Assembly: GCA_051382305.1 (NCBI GenBank)
Contig: JBBCAV010000286.1
Span: forward strand, 1-26,190
Direction of reading: 5' to 3'
DNA length: 26,190 nt
DNA from: Bdellovibrionota bacterium FG-2
GTDB taxonomy: Bacteria > Bdellovibrionota > UBA1018
How positions within the stretch are numbered: position 1 is the stretch's first letter; every line of letters begins with the position of its first letter. The notes below the pieces were generated by a model. The model saw only the letters and a list, made by a program, of their open reading frames with translations, was not told the DNA's origin and made no database searches. Positions 17,720 through 26,190 of this stretch are shown here, one piece after another. Position numbers and translations under genes: made by a program.

Positions 17720-19040
17720 ATTCAATCCAAAGACCTATCAAGATAAGGGTCGCATCTTCAACGCGATTCCTTCAGCTCCAAGAATCAGTCGGCTCTGGAA
17801 ATGGAATCCAGAGAAGGCTGTCTACGAAGCTGTTAGCGATGGCAAACCCTTTATGTCGCGTCGAGGGAAAGGCAAGAGTCGGGAGACCGGCTACTTCGAA
17901 ACCATTGACGGGGCGAAGGCTTGGCGGGATGGTATCGATATCGGCGTGAATCCGCTAAGTGTCGAACGCAAGACCAACTCCACTAAGAAGTTCTCAGATA
18001 TTATTGAGGACTGGAAGCGGCGTTCGTTTTCGAAACTCGCTCCTGGTACCGTCCGGCAGTACGAAAAATTGCTTAAGCATCATTTCGGAAGTTTGCTGAT
18101 GTGTCACATGGATGAACTCGACGAAGTGGTCATCGATAAGTGGATCGATGAACTGACGAATCCTGTGGGTTGGCGGATGCAAATCAAAAACCGCCAATCA
18201 TTCACGCACGAGATGACTCTGGTGAAGACCATCCTGAGCTACTATGAAGATCGCACCTTGGAGTATCGGCATTCTGGTTTTGCGATGCCGGTAAAAAGGC
18301 GTCACTTCGAAGCTGTCGCATGCGTTCGGAACGTGAAGCGTGCCCCGAAGCCTAAGAACTTAAAGGAGGCCGAGTTTAGGCTCTTTCAAGAAAATCTTGG
18401 AGTGGGCAAGTATGCAGCGATTATGCCCTTACTTGCGACGCTCCAGTATTTCGAAGCACTGCGAATTTCTGAAGCTGCCGCCCTACATTGGGAGGATATT
18501 GAATTTGATTTTGAGAATCCTCGTGGTTCCAAAATCACGGTTCAACGTTCATTCGACTGGCCAAGGGCGGCGGGTTACGAAACACAGCTGCAGTGGGGAT
18601 TCAAAAACTCGAAACACCTTGAGGGTGGAGTAAAGGTTTTGAGGCTGTTTCCCGAGGCTTTTGAAGCCCTAATGAAACTGTACTCACCTGGTAAGAAGGG
18701 TTTGGTCTTTTCATTTGAGGGCAGGCCTCTTGAATACCGACACATTGAGCACGCCTACAACATGAGCTTTGAGAGAGCGGCTCTGCCGTTTCGCGGAACT
18801 CATATCATGAGACATGGGGGCGTGACTTATGTGTGGAAACAAAGTGGAGGTAATGCTCTTGCGGCAAAAAGACATGCGGGTCTCAAGGACAATAAAACTT
18901 TGGCGACCTACGCGCATGATGACGACGAAGCGATTGAAAACTTGAACAACAGTGAGTGGGCAAGTTGGGAAAAGAAGATCTCTTGCGATGGAATTTCAAA
19001 ATCACTGGCTGCTAGTGGCTGCAGGGGTGATGCCGATTAA
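17709..19040 (+). CDS. int: Tyrosine integrase of island 1
   Basis: ALRISEAAALHWEDI, HIMRH and TLATY motifs, with an N-terminal SAM-like region (LAPGTVRQYEKLLKHH). Adjacent to the tRNA 3' att site. Confidence 0.9.
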   Translation: MATKFNPKTYQDKGRIFNAIPSAPRISRLWKWNPEKAVYEAVSDGKPFMSRRGKGKSRETGYFETIDGAKAWRDGIDIGVNPLSVERKTNSTKKFSDIIEDWKRRSFSKLAPGTVRQYEKLLKHHFGSLLMCHMDELDEVVIDKWIDELTNPVGWRMQIKNRQSFTHEMTLVKTILSYYEDRTLEYRHSGFAMPVKRRHFEAVACVRNVKRAPKPKNLKEAEFRLFQENLGVGKYAAIMPLLATLQYFEALRISEAAALHWEDIEFDFENPRGSKITVQRSFDWPRAAGYETQLQWGFKNSKHLEGGVKVLRLFPEAFEALMKLYSPGKKGLVFSFEGRPLEYRHIEHAYNMSFERAALPFRGTHIMRHGGVTYVWKQSGGNALAAKRHAGLKDNKTLATYAHDDDEAIENLNNSEWASWEKKISCDGISKSLAASGCRGDAD

Positions 19041-19072
19041 AATTCTGTTGTTAATTCAAAGAGATAACGCAT

Positions 19073-19164
<92 letters not shown>

Positions 19165-19195
19165 GTACTACAAAATCAGTTGCGAAGTCATGTGC

Positions 19196-20347
19196 TTAAC
19201 ATGCCTCTTTAACTGCGTCCACTTCTTCCAAACTAGATTTGGGAAGAATTTGGTCAGAACCATTCTTGTCAACAATTTCCTGCTTTGGAAATAACTGAAT
19301 TCCGTTTGCGATCTTGCCCAAATGTTTCGCTGTTTGGAAGTGAATATATCGCTCTGTGACCTTTTGGCTAGAGTGGGCGAAGAGCATCCCTATATCTGAT
19401 TTGCTTGCCCCAAATGCCATCCAAAGCCCCGCCGTGGAATGACGAAGATTATGAGTTCCTAAATCCTTCAAGCCCAACTCGTTGCAATAGCGCTTCAGAA
19501 TTCGCAAGTAGCTCTCGTACGAAACTTGTGGAGCATCTGGACCTGTTGCAACATATTCGCTTTTTGCCTTGGCTTTTTCACGGTTCAGTATTGCTAGAAG
19601 TTCCAAAGGGATCGCAATATCGTGCCAACGCTTACCCTTCGGATATTCTTTGAAGCATTGCTCTCTTCTGACATAGGTTCTACGAACATGAAGGATTCCG
19701 TTCGTAAAATCTATATTATCCCAAATCAATGCTTGGACTTCTCCCACGCGAAGGCCAACATACACGCCTAACCAAATCGCAACTTCGTAAGGTTTGCCTT
19801 CAACATGGGCAAGGAGTCTTTTGATGTCCGCGAGTTCAAGGAAATCGGCTTCTTTTTCCTCAATGTTGGGTTTGTCGTTTCGTCTTACTGGGCTGCGCTC
19901 TAGGAATTGGTGAGTTTCAACCGCGTCACGAAAAACCTTATGCAGAAGGTTGTAAACATGACGAACTGATTGACTCGCCAAGCCTGCCAGTTTTGCACCT
20001 TGAAGCACCTGTAAAACAAAAGCAGGAGTTATCACGTGAAGACGTACGTTTCCAATAATGGGCTGAACATAATCCTGATACATTTGGATTTGTGACTCTC
20101 TCCAGGCTGGTGCGGATTTGGTCCCCTTGGTATCGCGGTCCCAAATTGCAAAGTACTCGTCTAAGGTGAGTTGTCGTATAACGTTGGAAACAAAACTGCC
20201 TCCATATTTTTGGCGTTTTAACTCCTCATTCCTACGTTCTGCTTCTCGTTTAGTATTGAACGTTTCAGAAATACACTTGCCATCTGAGCCTTCGACCTTC
20301 ACCTGATAGCTCCAGCCATGCTTTGTTCGTCGTTTTATAATTGCCAT
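19196..20347 (-). CDS. int: Tyrosine integrase of island 2
   Basis: N-terminal arm-binding-like FNTKREAER, GLRVGEVQALIWDNIDF, PK, HNLRH and AHSS...TERY: a full catalytic set. Confidence 0.93.
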   Translation of the reverse strand: MAIIKRRTKHGWSYQVKVEGSDGKCISETFNTKREAERRNEELKRQKYGGSFVSNVIRQLTLDEYFAIWDRDTKGTKSAPAWRESQIQMYQDYVQPIIGNVRLHVITPAFVLQVLQGAKLAGLASQSVRHVYNLLHKVFRDAVETHQFLERSPVRRNDKPNIEEKEADFLELADIKRLLAHVEGKPYEVAIWLGVYVGLRVGEVQALIWDNIDFTNGILHVRRTYVRREQCFKEYPKGKRWHDIAIPLELLAILNREKAKAKSEYVATGPDAPQVSYESYLRILKRYCNELGLKDLGTHNLRHSTAGLWMAFGASKSDIGMLFAHSSQKVTERYIHFQTAKHLGKIANGIQLFPKQEIVDKNGSDQILPKSSLEEVDAVKEAC

Positions 20348-20349
20348 GT

Positions 20350-20757
20350 CTATTCCCTTCCTTTTGGAGAATCGACACGACTCGCATTCACACTGGTTTT
20401 CAAAGAGCGCTTACTACGCTTGGGTGTTATAGCGAATGCGGGAAATTGGCAAGCCCCTCGATTATTTAGTTCAGTTTGCTCGGCAAAGTAATCTTGAACT
20501 TTGGCTAGGTCAAAACGAAGTGCCTTACCTACTTTGATTCTGGGAAAGTTAGGGTTGGATACCCAATAGTAAACAGTATTGACACTCTTAGTGTAGAATT
20601 CTGCTAGTTCAGTTGGGGTAAGAGGTTTGTCACCGAAAGCAAATTTTGCCTCTTGGTTGGTTTCATTAGGATTGACCGGTCCCATTGCCTGGGTTGCCAG
20701 TGCGCCATTTTCAATGTCTAACAGTAAATCGGTTTCTAAATATATTTTACTACTCAA
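20350..20757 (-). CDS. Excisionase-like HTH protein
   Basis: LTPTELAEFYTKSVNTVYYWV...FPRIKVGKALRFDLAKVQDYF; ends 2 bp before the integrase start. Start codon uncertain. Confidence 0.8.
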   Translation of the reverse strand: MSSKIYLETDLLLDIENGALATQAMGPVNPNETNQEAKFAFGDKPLTPTELAEFYTKSVNTVYYWVSNPNFPRIKVGKALRFDLAKVQDYFAEQTELNNRGACQFPAFAITPKRSKRSLKTSVNASRVDSPKGRE

Positions 20758-21147
20758 GCTTAAGTCCTTTACAAGTTTTCGATCAAGCGATGCCTACCTC
20801 TAATGCGCTGAAAATCAGTATGAGAGTAATAGAGCTAGACACTGCTATGTTAATTTAAAGATGTTCAGCATCTTCATTGAGTGAAAGCGTAAAAATCAGG
20901 CACACACCCTTAAAGAAGAATTGCTGATCTGAAATAAACAATCTTTATGTATTGATTCGATCTTGTAGAAGTGGTATAAAGAAGAGGTCGAGTCGTTCTC
21001 TATATTGCATCTACAGTCGAATCCTGCTTTTAAATCTCACCTCCATTTCAATTTGTTTTAGATTTATTGATCTACCTAATATTTTATCATGCTCCGTCGG
21101 GATGCGCGACGTTAAAATTATAAAATATCTAATCCGTATTTAATAAA

Positions 21148-21954
21148 TCAGGCTGAGGGGATGCTTTTCTTTGTGGATGCAATTCCGCGAAATGAGTGCC
21201 TCGATCCATTATATTGGATCGGCGCTACTTTATGACCTGGGCTTGGAGAGGATACTGACTTCTTGTTCTTTTTATCAAAATGCCCAATATTTAGGCTGGG
21301 GTGAGCTTTTTTAATGGCCTTTCTTGCTCTTGAGAGGACTTTTCTGCGTAACTGATATTCTTTGTTAAAGTTGGTGTCAGCGACGACACTTTCAAGGTAG
21401 GTAATGATCTCACTGACGATGCGATGAAAAGCTTGAGTATTTCCCCTTTTGCAGTCATCAATAGTTGAATTTTCAATCCTAAAGCATTTCAATCCCAAGG
21501 CAAGATATTCAGCGTCTCGCGTGTTATCGCGTTTTACTCTTATGTCGCAGTTGTCATGCGAGCTGCCATCTAGCTCTATAACGACTCCGAACTTTTCGAG
21601 AAAGAAATCAGGGACTCTTAAAGAGTATTTGATGCTGGGGTGAGCCTCGTAAAGCGGTACGAGCTGTTTCAAAATGACTGGATCGCCCTTAGCTCTGCTT
21701 AATGGGATTACAAGGATCTCTTGGTGTGAGACCGAGCCAAATAGCTCTGTTTGTCCTAGTCTCGAAAGTAATGCAGCAAGGAAGTTATATTCTTGGGGAG
21801 TCGGATGCCCCTTGTGATGGATAAGAGCGCGTGAGTTCAGGTCGAAGTTTGGCTTGTCGCTCAATGCCTTGGGCTTACTCGGAGTGAGGCTTGATGATTT
21901 GCTGTCCTGAAATTCAGCCTTAACTTCGGCTTTGAGAATTGTAATGGGGTTCAT
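21148..21954 (-). CDS. DUF559/Vsr-like endonuclease domain protein
   Basis: PTPQE...VPDFF...VVIELDGSSH...RDNTRDAEYLALGLKCFRIEN; AAGGA RBS. Confidence 0.82.
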   Translation of the reverse strand: MNPITILKAEVKAEFQDSKSSSLTPSKPKALSDKPNFDLNSRALIHHKGHPTPQEYNFLAALLSRLGQTELFGSVSHQEILVIPLSRAKGDPVILKQLVPLYEAHPSIKYSLRVPDFFLEKFGVVIELDGSSHDNCDIRVKRDNTRDAEYLALGLKCFRIENSTIDDCKRGNTQAFHRIVSEIITYLESVVADTNFNKEYQLRRKVLSRARKAIKKAHPSLNIGHFDKKNKKSVSSPSPGHKVAPIQYNGSRHSFRGIASTKKSIPSA

Positions 21955-22290
21955 CGGTTTTCCTTTCGATCAATATCATCCCTAAGAAGGCAGTGTTCCT
22001 GCTATCTTAAAAGTTGATTGGTTTTAATGGGTTGGATCGTTCTCTTCTTTGATTAAGTGTCACACCTATAGGCAGTTCACTCAAACGACTCAGTAGAGGT
22101 ATCGTGTGACGATCTTTCCTTATATTGACTTGTTAATGCTGATGTGACGTTTTGCTTAATTTTTAAAAGGAGATGGGGGTGTTACGGACTGCCAAATTTG
22201 GTACTCAGCCGATTGGAGGCAAAAGCGAACGCTCCCCTTGGATTGGATTTGAAATGCTCAATGGGTGAAGTTCTGAAGGGAATCCTAGAC

Positions 22291-22467
22291 TCACGATAGC
22301 TTTTTGATTTCAAGGTCGAGCCTAGCCCAACGGAGAAGGGCCTTAAGCTCTTTCTTGCTTAACTCAATATGTGCGGCGGTGCCTTTTTTAAGTTCCCATG
22401 TCTTTCTGACTATAGTCTCCCAAGCGTGCTGTGAGGCCCTTACTTGGGCCTTGGTGATTCTTTTCAT
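22291..22467 (-). CDS. Small basic hypothetical protein (probable start ATG 22467, 58 aa)
   Basis: GGAGGA RBS directly upstream; follows the lipoprotein gene on the same strand. Confidence 0.55.
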   Translation of the reverse strand: MKRITKAQVRASQHAWETIVRKTWELKKGTAAHIELSKKELKALLRWARLDLEIKKLS

Positions 22468-22481
22468 GATTCCTCCAGCAG

Positions 22482-23042
22482 TTATTGCTTCGAGTAAACT
22501 CCCCTTAAGACTCCGGCGGTGCAATTGGCGTCGTGGGGGAAGTCCAGTAGAAGAGTGGTCCCACTGAGTAGATAGGTAACGTCCGTTGTTGAGCTGGTAT
22601 TAGCAGAAAAAGAGGTACAGTTTCCATTGGCCCCCATTCCATATTGAATGAGTGTCCCTGGAGTAGAAACAATTGTTACGACGCTTCCGCTATAGGTATA
22701 GGTCGCCGGTAAAGTGATCCGGCAGTAATCGGAGGCGGTTGCACCGACGAATGTAACGATAATGCTGCCGGTGGTATTGCTAAAGACTCGGGTTATTGTG
22801 GCAGCTCCCGTTGCATAGAGGTTGTACAGTGTAGTTCCATCCGTAGTAAGGGTTCCAGTTGGACAGGATACCAAGCTAACAGTAAATCGTCCATCTATCG
22901 GTCCTGGGGTTGGTGTGGGTGAAGGGGTAGCCTCTGTTGTCGGCGTTGGGCTTGGCGTGGGGCTAGCTGCCGGAGCGGGGTCAGTGGCGGAGCCACAGGA
23001 AATTTGGAAAAGAATCGCACAGAGGATTGCAAGTAATCGCAT
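22482..23042 (-). CDS. Lipoprotein with Pro/Thr linker (probable start ATG 23042)
   Basis: AAGGAG RBS, signal peptide MRLLAILCAILFQISC, PTPSPTP linker and a Thr-rich beta domain. Confidence 0.75.
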   Translation of the reverse strand: MRLLAILCAILFQISCGSATDPAPAASPTPSPTPTTEATPSPTPTPGPIDGRFTVSLVSCPTGTLTTDGTTLYNLYATGAATITRVFSNTTGSIIVTFVGATASDYCRITLPATYTYSGSVVTIVSTPGTLIQYGMGANGNCTSFSANTSSTTDVTYLLSGTTLLLDFPHDANCTAGVLRGVYSKQ

Positions 23043-23052
23043 TTTGGACTCC

Positions 23053-23724
23053 TTAATTCGTTGTACAATCGCTTGAGGCAAAGGTGACAGTTGTTTGGTT
23101 AAGGCCATCCCCGGGGTCATTATAGACGGCTTTTCTGGTCCCTCCCGTGTTTGTGAAAACCCAAAAGCCTGATGTCGCAGCACCGCTTATGTCGAAAACA
23201 AGGGTGCAGCCAAAGCTTGATGCTCCGGCCTGAGATGCCGTATAAATCTGCGTGCCGGTTGTTTGGTATGCTGTAGTACTAATGTCGCATTCGACCCACA
23301 CATCTCCAGTTGAATAGGTGACGCCTTGATAGTAATAATAGAGTCCTCCGCCGCCATTTCTACTGCATGAAAAATGGCTCGCAATCGTCATTCCATCCGA
23401 ACCATTGGTCCCATTCGAACCGTTGGTTCCATTTGAACCGTTGGTTCCATTTGAACCGTTTGAGCCATTGCTCCCACTTGCTCCGTCTTTTCCCTTAATT
23501 GAAAGCCAGCCAGTAGATGAACAAACTTGAACGTCACTACTATCTTTGATGAAGTAGATGGCACCTAAAATTGAACTGTCGCAAGTTGGTAGGCTGGCTA
23601 ATGTGCTTACCGTGTTGTTTGACGTTGTTGTTATCGCGCTGACCGTGGGAGTTTCTGCGCCACCGCAACCTGAAAGAGCTATTGTACCAAGCACCAAGAG
23701 CCATGAAGGTTTTGTAAGCGTCAT
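23053..23724 (-). CDS. Lipoprotein with short collagen-like Gly-X-Y repeat
   Basis: Lipobox LSGC and GKDGASGSNGSNGSNGTNGSNGTNGSNGTNGSDG (9/18-bp tandem DNA repeat at ~23395-23480). ATGA overlap with the upstream XRE gene. Confidence 0.8.
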   Translation of the reverse strand: MTLTKPSWLLVLGTIALSGCGGAETPTVSAITTTSNNTVSTLASLPTCDSSILGAIYFIKDSSDVQVCSSTGWLSIKGKDGASGSNGSNGSNGTNGSNGTNGSNGTNGSDGMTIASHFSCSRNGGGGLYYYYQGVTYSTGDVWVECDISTTAYQTTGTQIYTASQAGASSFGCTLVFDISGAATSGFWVFTNTGGTRKAVYNDPGDGLNQTTVTFASSDCTTN

Positions 23725-24044
23725 TTTTCATTTTCTCCATTTCCCAGTTTTCTTATCCTGCGTAGCCGCACTTCAAAGACGCCGGAAATCCAGCTATCTC
23801 CAAGTAGCGCATCCAAATCAGTAACTTTGCGTTCATTGTTTCGCTGTTCGTTGCCAAACATGAGGTTGTCGATTGTCGTGCCCAAAGCGTCAGCGACTTT
23901 TTTTAGATGCCCGATGTTTTTGGGAACAACCCCAGTAAGCCAGAGGGAGATAACTTGTCTCGATACACCTGACTTACGAGCGAGTTCGGCGGCAGACATT
24001 CCACGATGCTCTAGGTGTTGCTTGAGTTGCGCTTTGAGATTCAT
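23721..24044 (-). CDS. XRE-family HTH regulator (probable start ATG 24044)
   Basis: MNLKAQLKQHLEHRGMSAAELARKSGVSRQVISLWLTG...LKKVADALGTTIDNL. Confidence 0.87.
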   Translation of the reverse strand: MNLKAQLKQHLEHRGMSAAELARKSGVSRQVISLWLTGVVPKNIGHLKKVADALGTTIDNLMFGNEQRNNERKVTDLDALLGDSWISGVFEVRLRRIRKLGNGENEK

Positions 24045-24182
24045 CACCAAGCGGGTCGGCAATGTGTTGAGTTTCTTTGATGATTTGTCAATTTCAGGTC
24101 TCATAAATCAACTCCAATTGACGAAGTGCTTGGTGTAATTGACAATCGGGGCCTATACTGACTCCCGCTGTCGTCCTATAAA

Positions 24183-24824
24183 TTACAGATTAGTAGACGC
24201 TTTTACGTTCTCATTGGTTTCAGGCTTTGTGGATGCATTTGAGGACGATATTTGAGTGAGGGATTTATGGACGCATGATTTACTGATGCCCATTTGCTTC
24301 GCAATCTTTCCTAACGATAGGCCTTGCGCTCTCAACTCTAAGGCCTTGGTTAAGTTGATTTGAGTGGGCCTACCCAACTTTGTTCCTTTGGCTTTCGCAT
24401 TTTGAATCCCTGCCCGAACGCGCTCTTTTATGAGGCTTGCCTCGAACTCAGCAAAGGCACCTATTAGATGCAGCATTAGCCGCCCTGCTGAAGTTGTGAG
24501 GTCCATTTGGTCTTTGAGGCTAACGAATGCAACGCCAAGCTCCGTGAGTTCCTGAAGCATTGTGATGAGGTCTTTTAGGCTGCGAGCAAATCTATCGAGC
24601 TTCCACACTACGATAATATCAACCTTGCGCTGGCGAGCGTCCTGAAGCAGAGCTTTGAGTTGTGGGCGATTGTTATTCGTGCCCGTGGCCTTGTCCTCAT
24701 AAAGCTTAAAATCAGCCCATCCCCTTGATTTCAAATAGGCTTTAATTTCGGACTCTTGCAATTCCGTGGATTGCTCTGCTGTCGAAACGCGCAAATAGAT
24801 TCCAATCTTCTTTAGTTCGTTCAT
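24183..24824 (-). CDS. Small serine recombinase (resolvase/invertase)
   Basis: YLRVST (catalytic Ser), RPQL, KLDRFARS, ERVRAG, GRP and a C-terminal HTH. Confidence 0.93.
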   Translation of the reverse strand: MNELKKIGIYLRVSTAEQSTELQESEIKAYLKSRGWADFKLYEDKATGTNNNRPQLKALLQDARQRKVDIIVVWKLDRFARSLKDLITMLQELTELGVAFVSLKDQMDLTTSAGRLMLHLIGAFAEFEASLIKERVRAGIQNAKAKGTKLGRPTQINLTKALELRAQGLSLGKIAKQMGISKSCVHKSLTQISSSNASTKPETNENVKASTNL

Positions 24825-24923
24825 GCATTACATTGTACTGCGCTTTACATGGTAATGCAACATGTATTGTAAGTTGCTTGTATCCTTGAGTTATTGTAAG
24901 CTTTGCGTATGGTGCTTCCAAGT

Positions 24924-25094
24924 ATGCCTGAAAAGAGTAAGCGAGACGTCCCTGTAAGCTTCCGACTGCCGAAAGAAAGCGTTAAGAGGCTGAAGGAATT
25001 GGCCGAAAGCCATAACATTAGCCGTGCCGACATTATTGTGCATCTTATCAACGAAGCCTTTGAAGGTTACGAGAAATCAAAGAAGAAGAAGTAG
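24924..25094 (+). CDS. Ribbon-helix-helix (CopG-like) protein
   Basis: VSFRLPKESVKRLKELAESHNISRADIIVHLINE; divergent from the resolvase. Start could lie slightly upstream. Confidence 0.78.
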   Translation: MPEKSKRDVPVSFRLPKESVKRLKELAESHNISRADIIVHLINEAFEGYEKSKKKK

Positions 25095-25654
25095 CTTCGG
25101 TTTCACGAGGTTTTCAAAGAGGGATTGGTTTAGGCTTTATGGCTTCATAATGTGAGCGGAAGTAAAGGTGGGGGCTACCCTCTATGGGAGCGCTATCTTA
25201 GCCTTAACGACCAGTGGGGTGGGGGTATAGCTTCCTTTGTTCGAGGGTTATCAGGCTATAGCTGTCAGCAGAAATTTGGGGGTTTATAGATTAGGGGCTA
25301 AAGCGAATAATCAATCGCCAATAGGCGTCCTAAAGTGCCTCAGGATCGACTAACACAAGGCGTTACAGAGTCCGGCATGTTCACTTCAGGACTAATTCAA
25401 CCACGGGCATCCTAGAGCGTTACAGAGGGTTTTATGGCTCTGTGTGTTAATGTGGATTTAGTGGTGTTTTTCGTGCTTTTCTTGGAGACCAATTAAAGCG
25501 GAACTGTTCAAAGCATGGGAAGTTTTAGGGAAGCTACCAACTCAAAACAACTCTAAATCACCATGAACAACCAAGGGTGCGAGTCGTGCCGATCTATTTG
25601 TTATTGTTTGATTTTACACTACTATTTCGCAGCTATTGAAACTGCAAATTATGA

Positions 25655-25696
25655 TTTCGAGGCGTGCGGATTCAACCGCTCTCCCACCTCTCCGTA
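25655..25696 (-). repeat. att site: displaced 5' half of tRNA-Ser (3 leader nt through the anticodon loop)
   Basis: TTTCGAGGCGTGCGGATTCAACCGCTCTCCCACCTCTCCGTA is identical to 19126-19167. Confidence 0.95.
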
Positions 25697-26024
25697 GAAT
25701 GAAATGAGTTGAATAACCAAGGCTTAGCATAAGCCTTTTGCCCCGTCCACAGGCGGCTGAGGTCAATTTGAGAGAAAAGTGTCCCAAAAGTGTCCTTGCC
25801 ACAATCAACCTGCACTTTCGGGGGCTCTGGCTCCGCGCCCGCTGTCCTACATGTTCTGTAGGGCAGTCCCTACTTGGGTTTCCCAGCTGCATAGCAGCGT
25901 AATTTAGAAAATTCACAATAACTATTGAATGGCTTTGGGTTTTTCGGAAAGTTCATTTTTTTGTGTTTTTAGAAGACGGCCTAACTTCCGCAATAAGTGT
26001 GCTATTTGTATCTTATTTTTTGGC

Positions 26025-26190
26025 TTGTTTTTTAAAACAAATGTTTTATCTTACGGCCTAATAAAAGACTGCGAACGAAAAATACACCTCAAAGACTGCT
26101 CCGTCACAAAGAACGGCGTGCGGCACCGTTACTTCTCCCTGGCGGAGTCTCGCAAAGTCGACGGCAAAAACCAAAAGACGACCATCAGGT
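26025..26190 (+). CDS. Partial ORF resembling the N-terminus of an IS1634-family transposase (runs off the window)
   Basis: The frame from 26082 reads IHLKDCSVTKNGVRHRYFSLAESRKVDGKNQKTTIR. The nearest candidate in-frame start is TTG at 26025, so the start is uncertain or degenerate. Confidence 0.5.
   Translation, partial: MFFKTNVLSYGLIKDCERKIHLKDCSVTKNGVRHRYFSLAESRKVDGKNQKTTIR

Overview
A bacterial mobile-element hotspot centred on one intact tRNA-Ser(CGA) gene (19075-19164, minus strand), which appears to be occupied from both sides. (1) A ~18.9 kb island (227-19096) is bounded by a 23-bp copy of the tRNA 3' end. It carries a large RCC1/Ig-like surface lipoprotein, a six-gene coupled operon (DUF2779 Cas4-like nuclease, GIY-YIG nuclease, SF2-like helicase, two paralogous unknown proteins, Xis-like HTH), a second internal tyrosine recombinase and a 314-nt internally deleted group IIC intron directly after that gene's terminator. 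It also has a possible unused attP, unknown genes, two more Xis-like genes and the tRNA-proximal integrase. (2) A ~6.6 kb island (19126-25696) lies upstream of the tRNA and is bounded by a 42-bp copy of the tRNA 5' half ending exactly at the anticodon loop, which is the rarer orientation. It encodes an integrase, a Xis-like protein, a DUF559 endonuclease, two lipoproteins, XRE and RHH regulators and a serine resolvase. Partial IS transposases (IS3-like, IS1634-like) run off the two window edges. All family calls come from motif recognition by eye; no searches were run.
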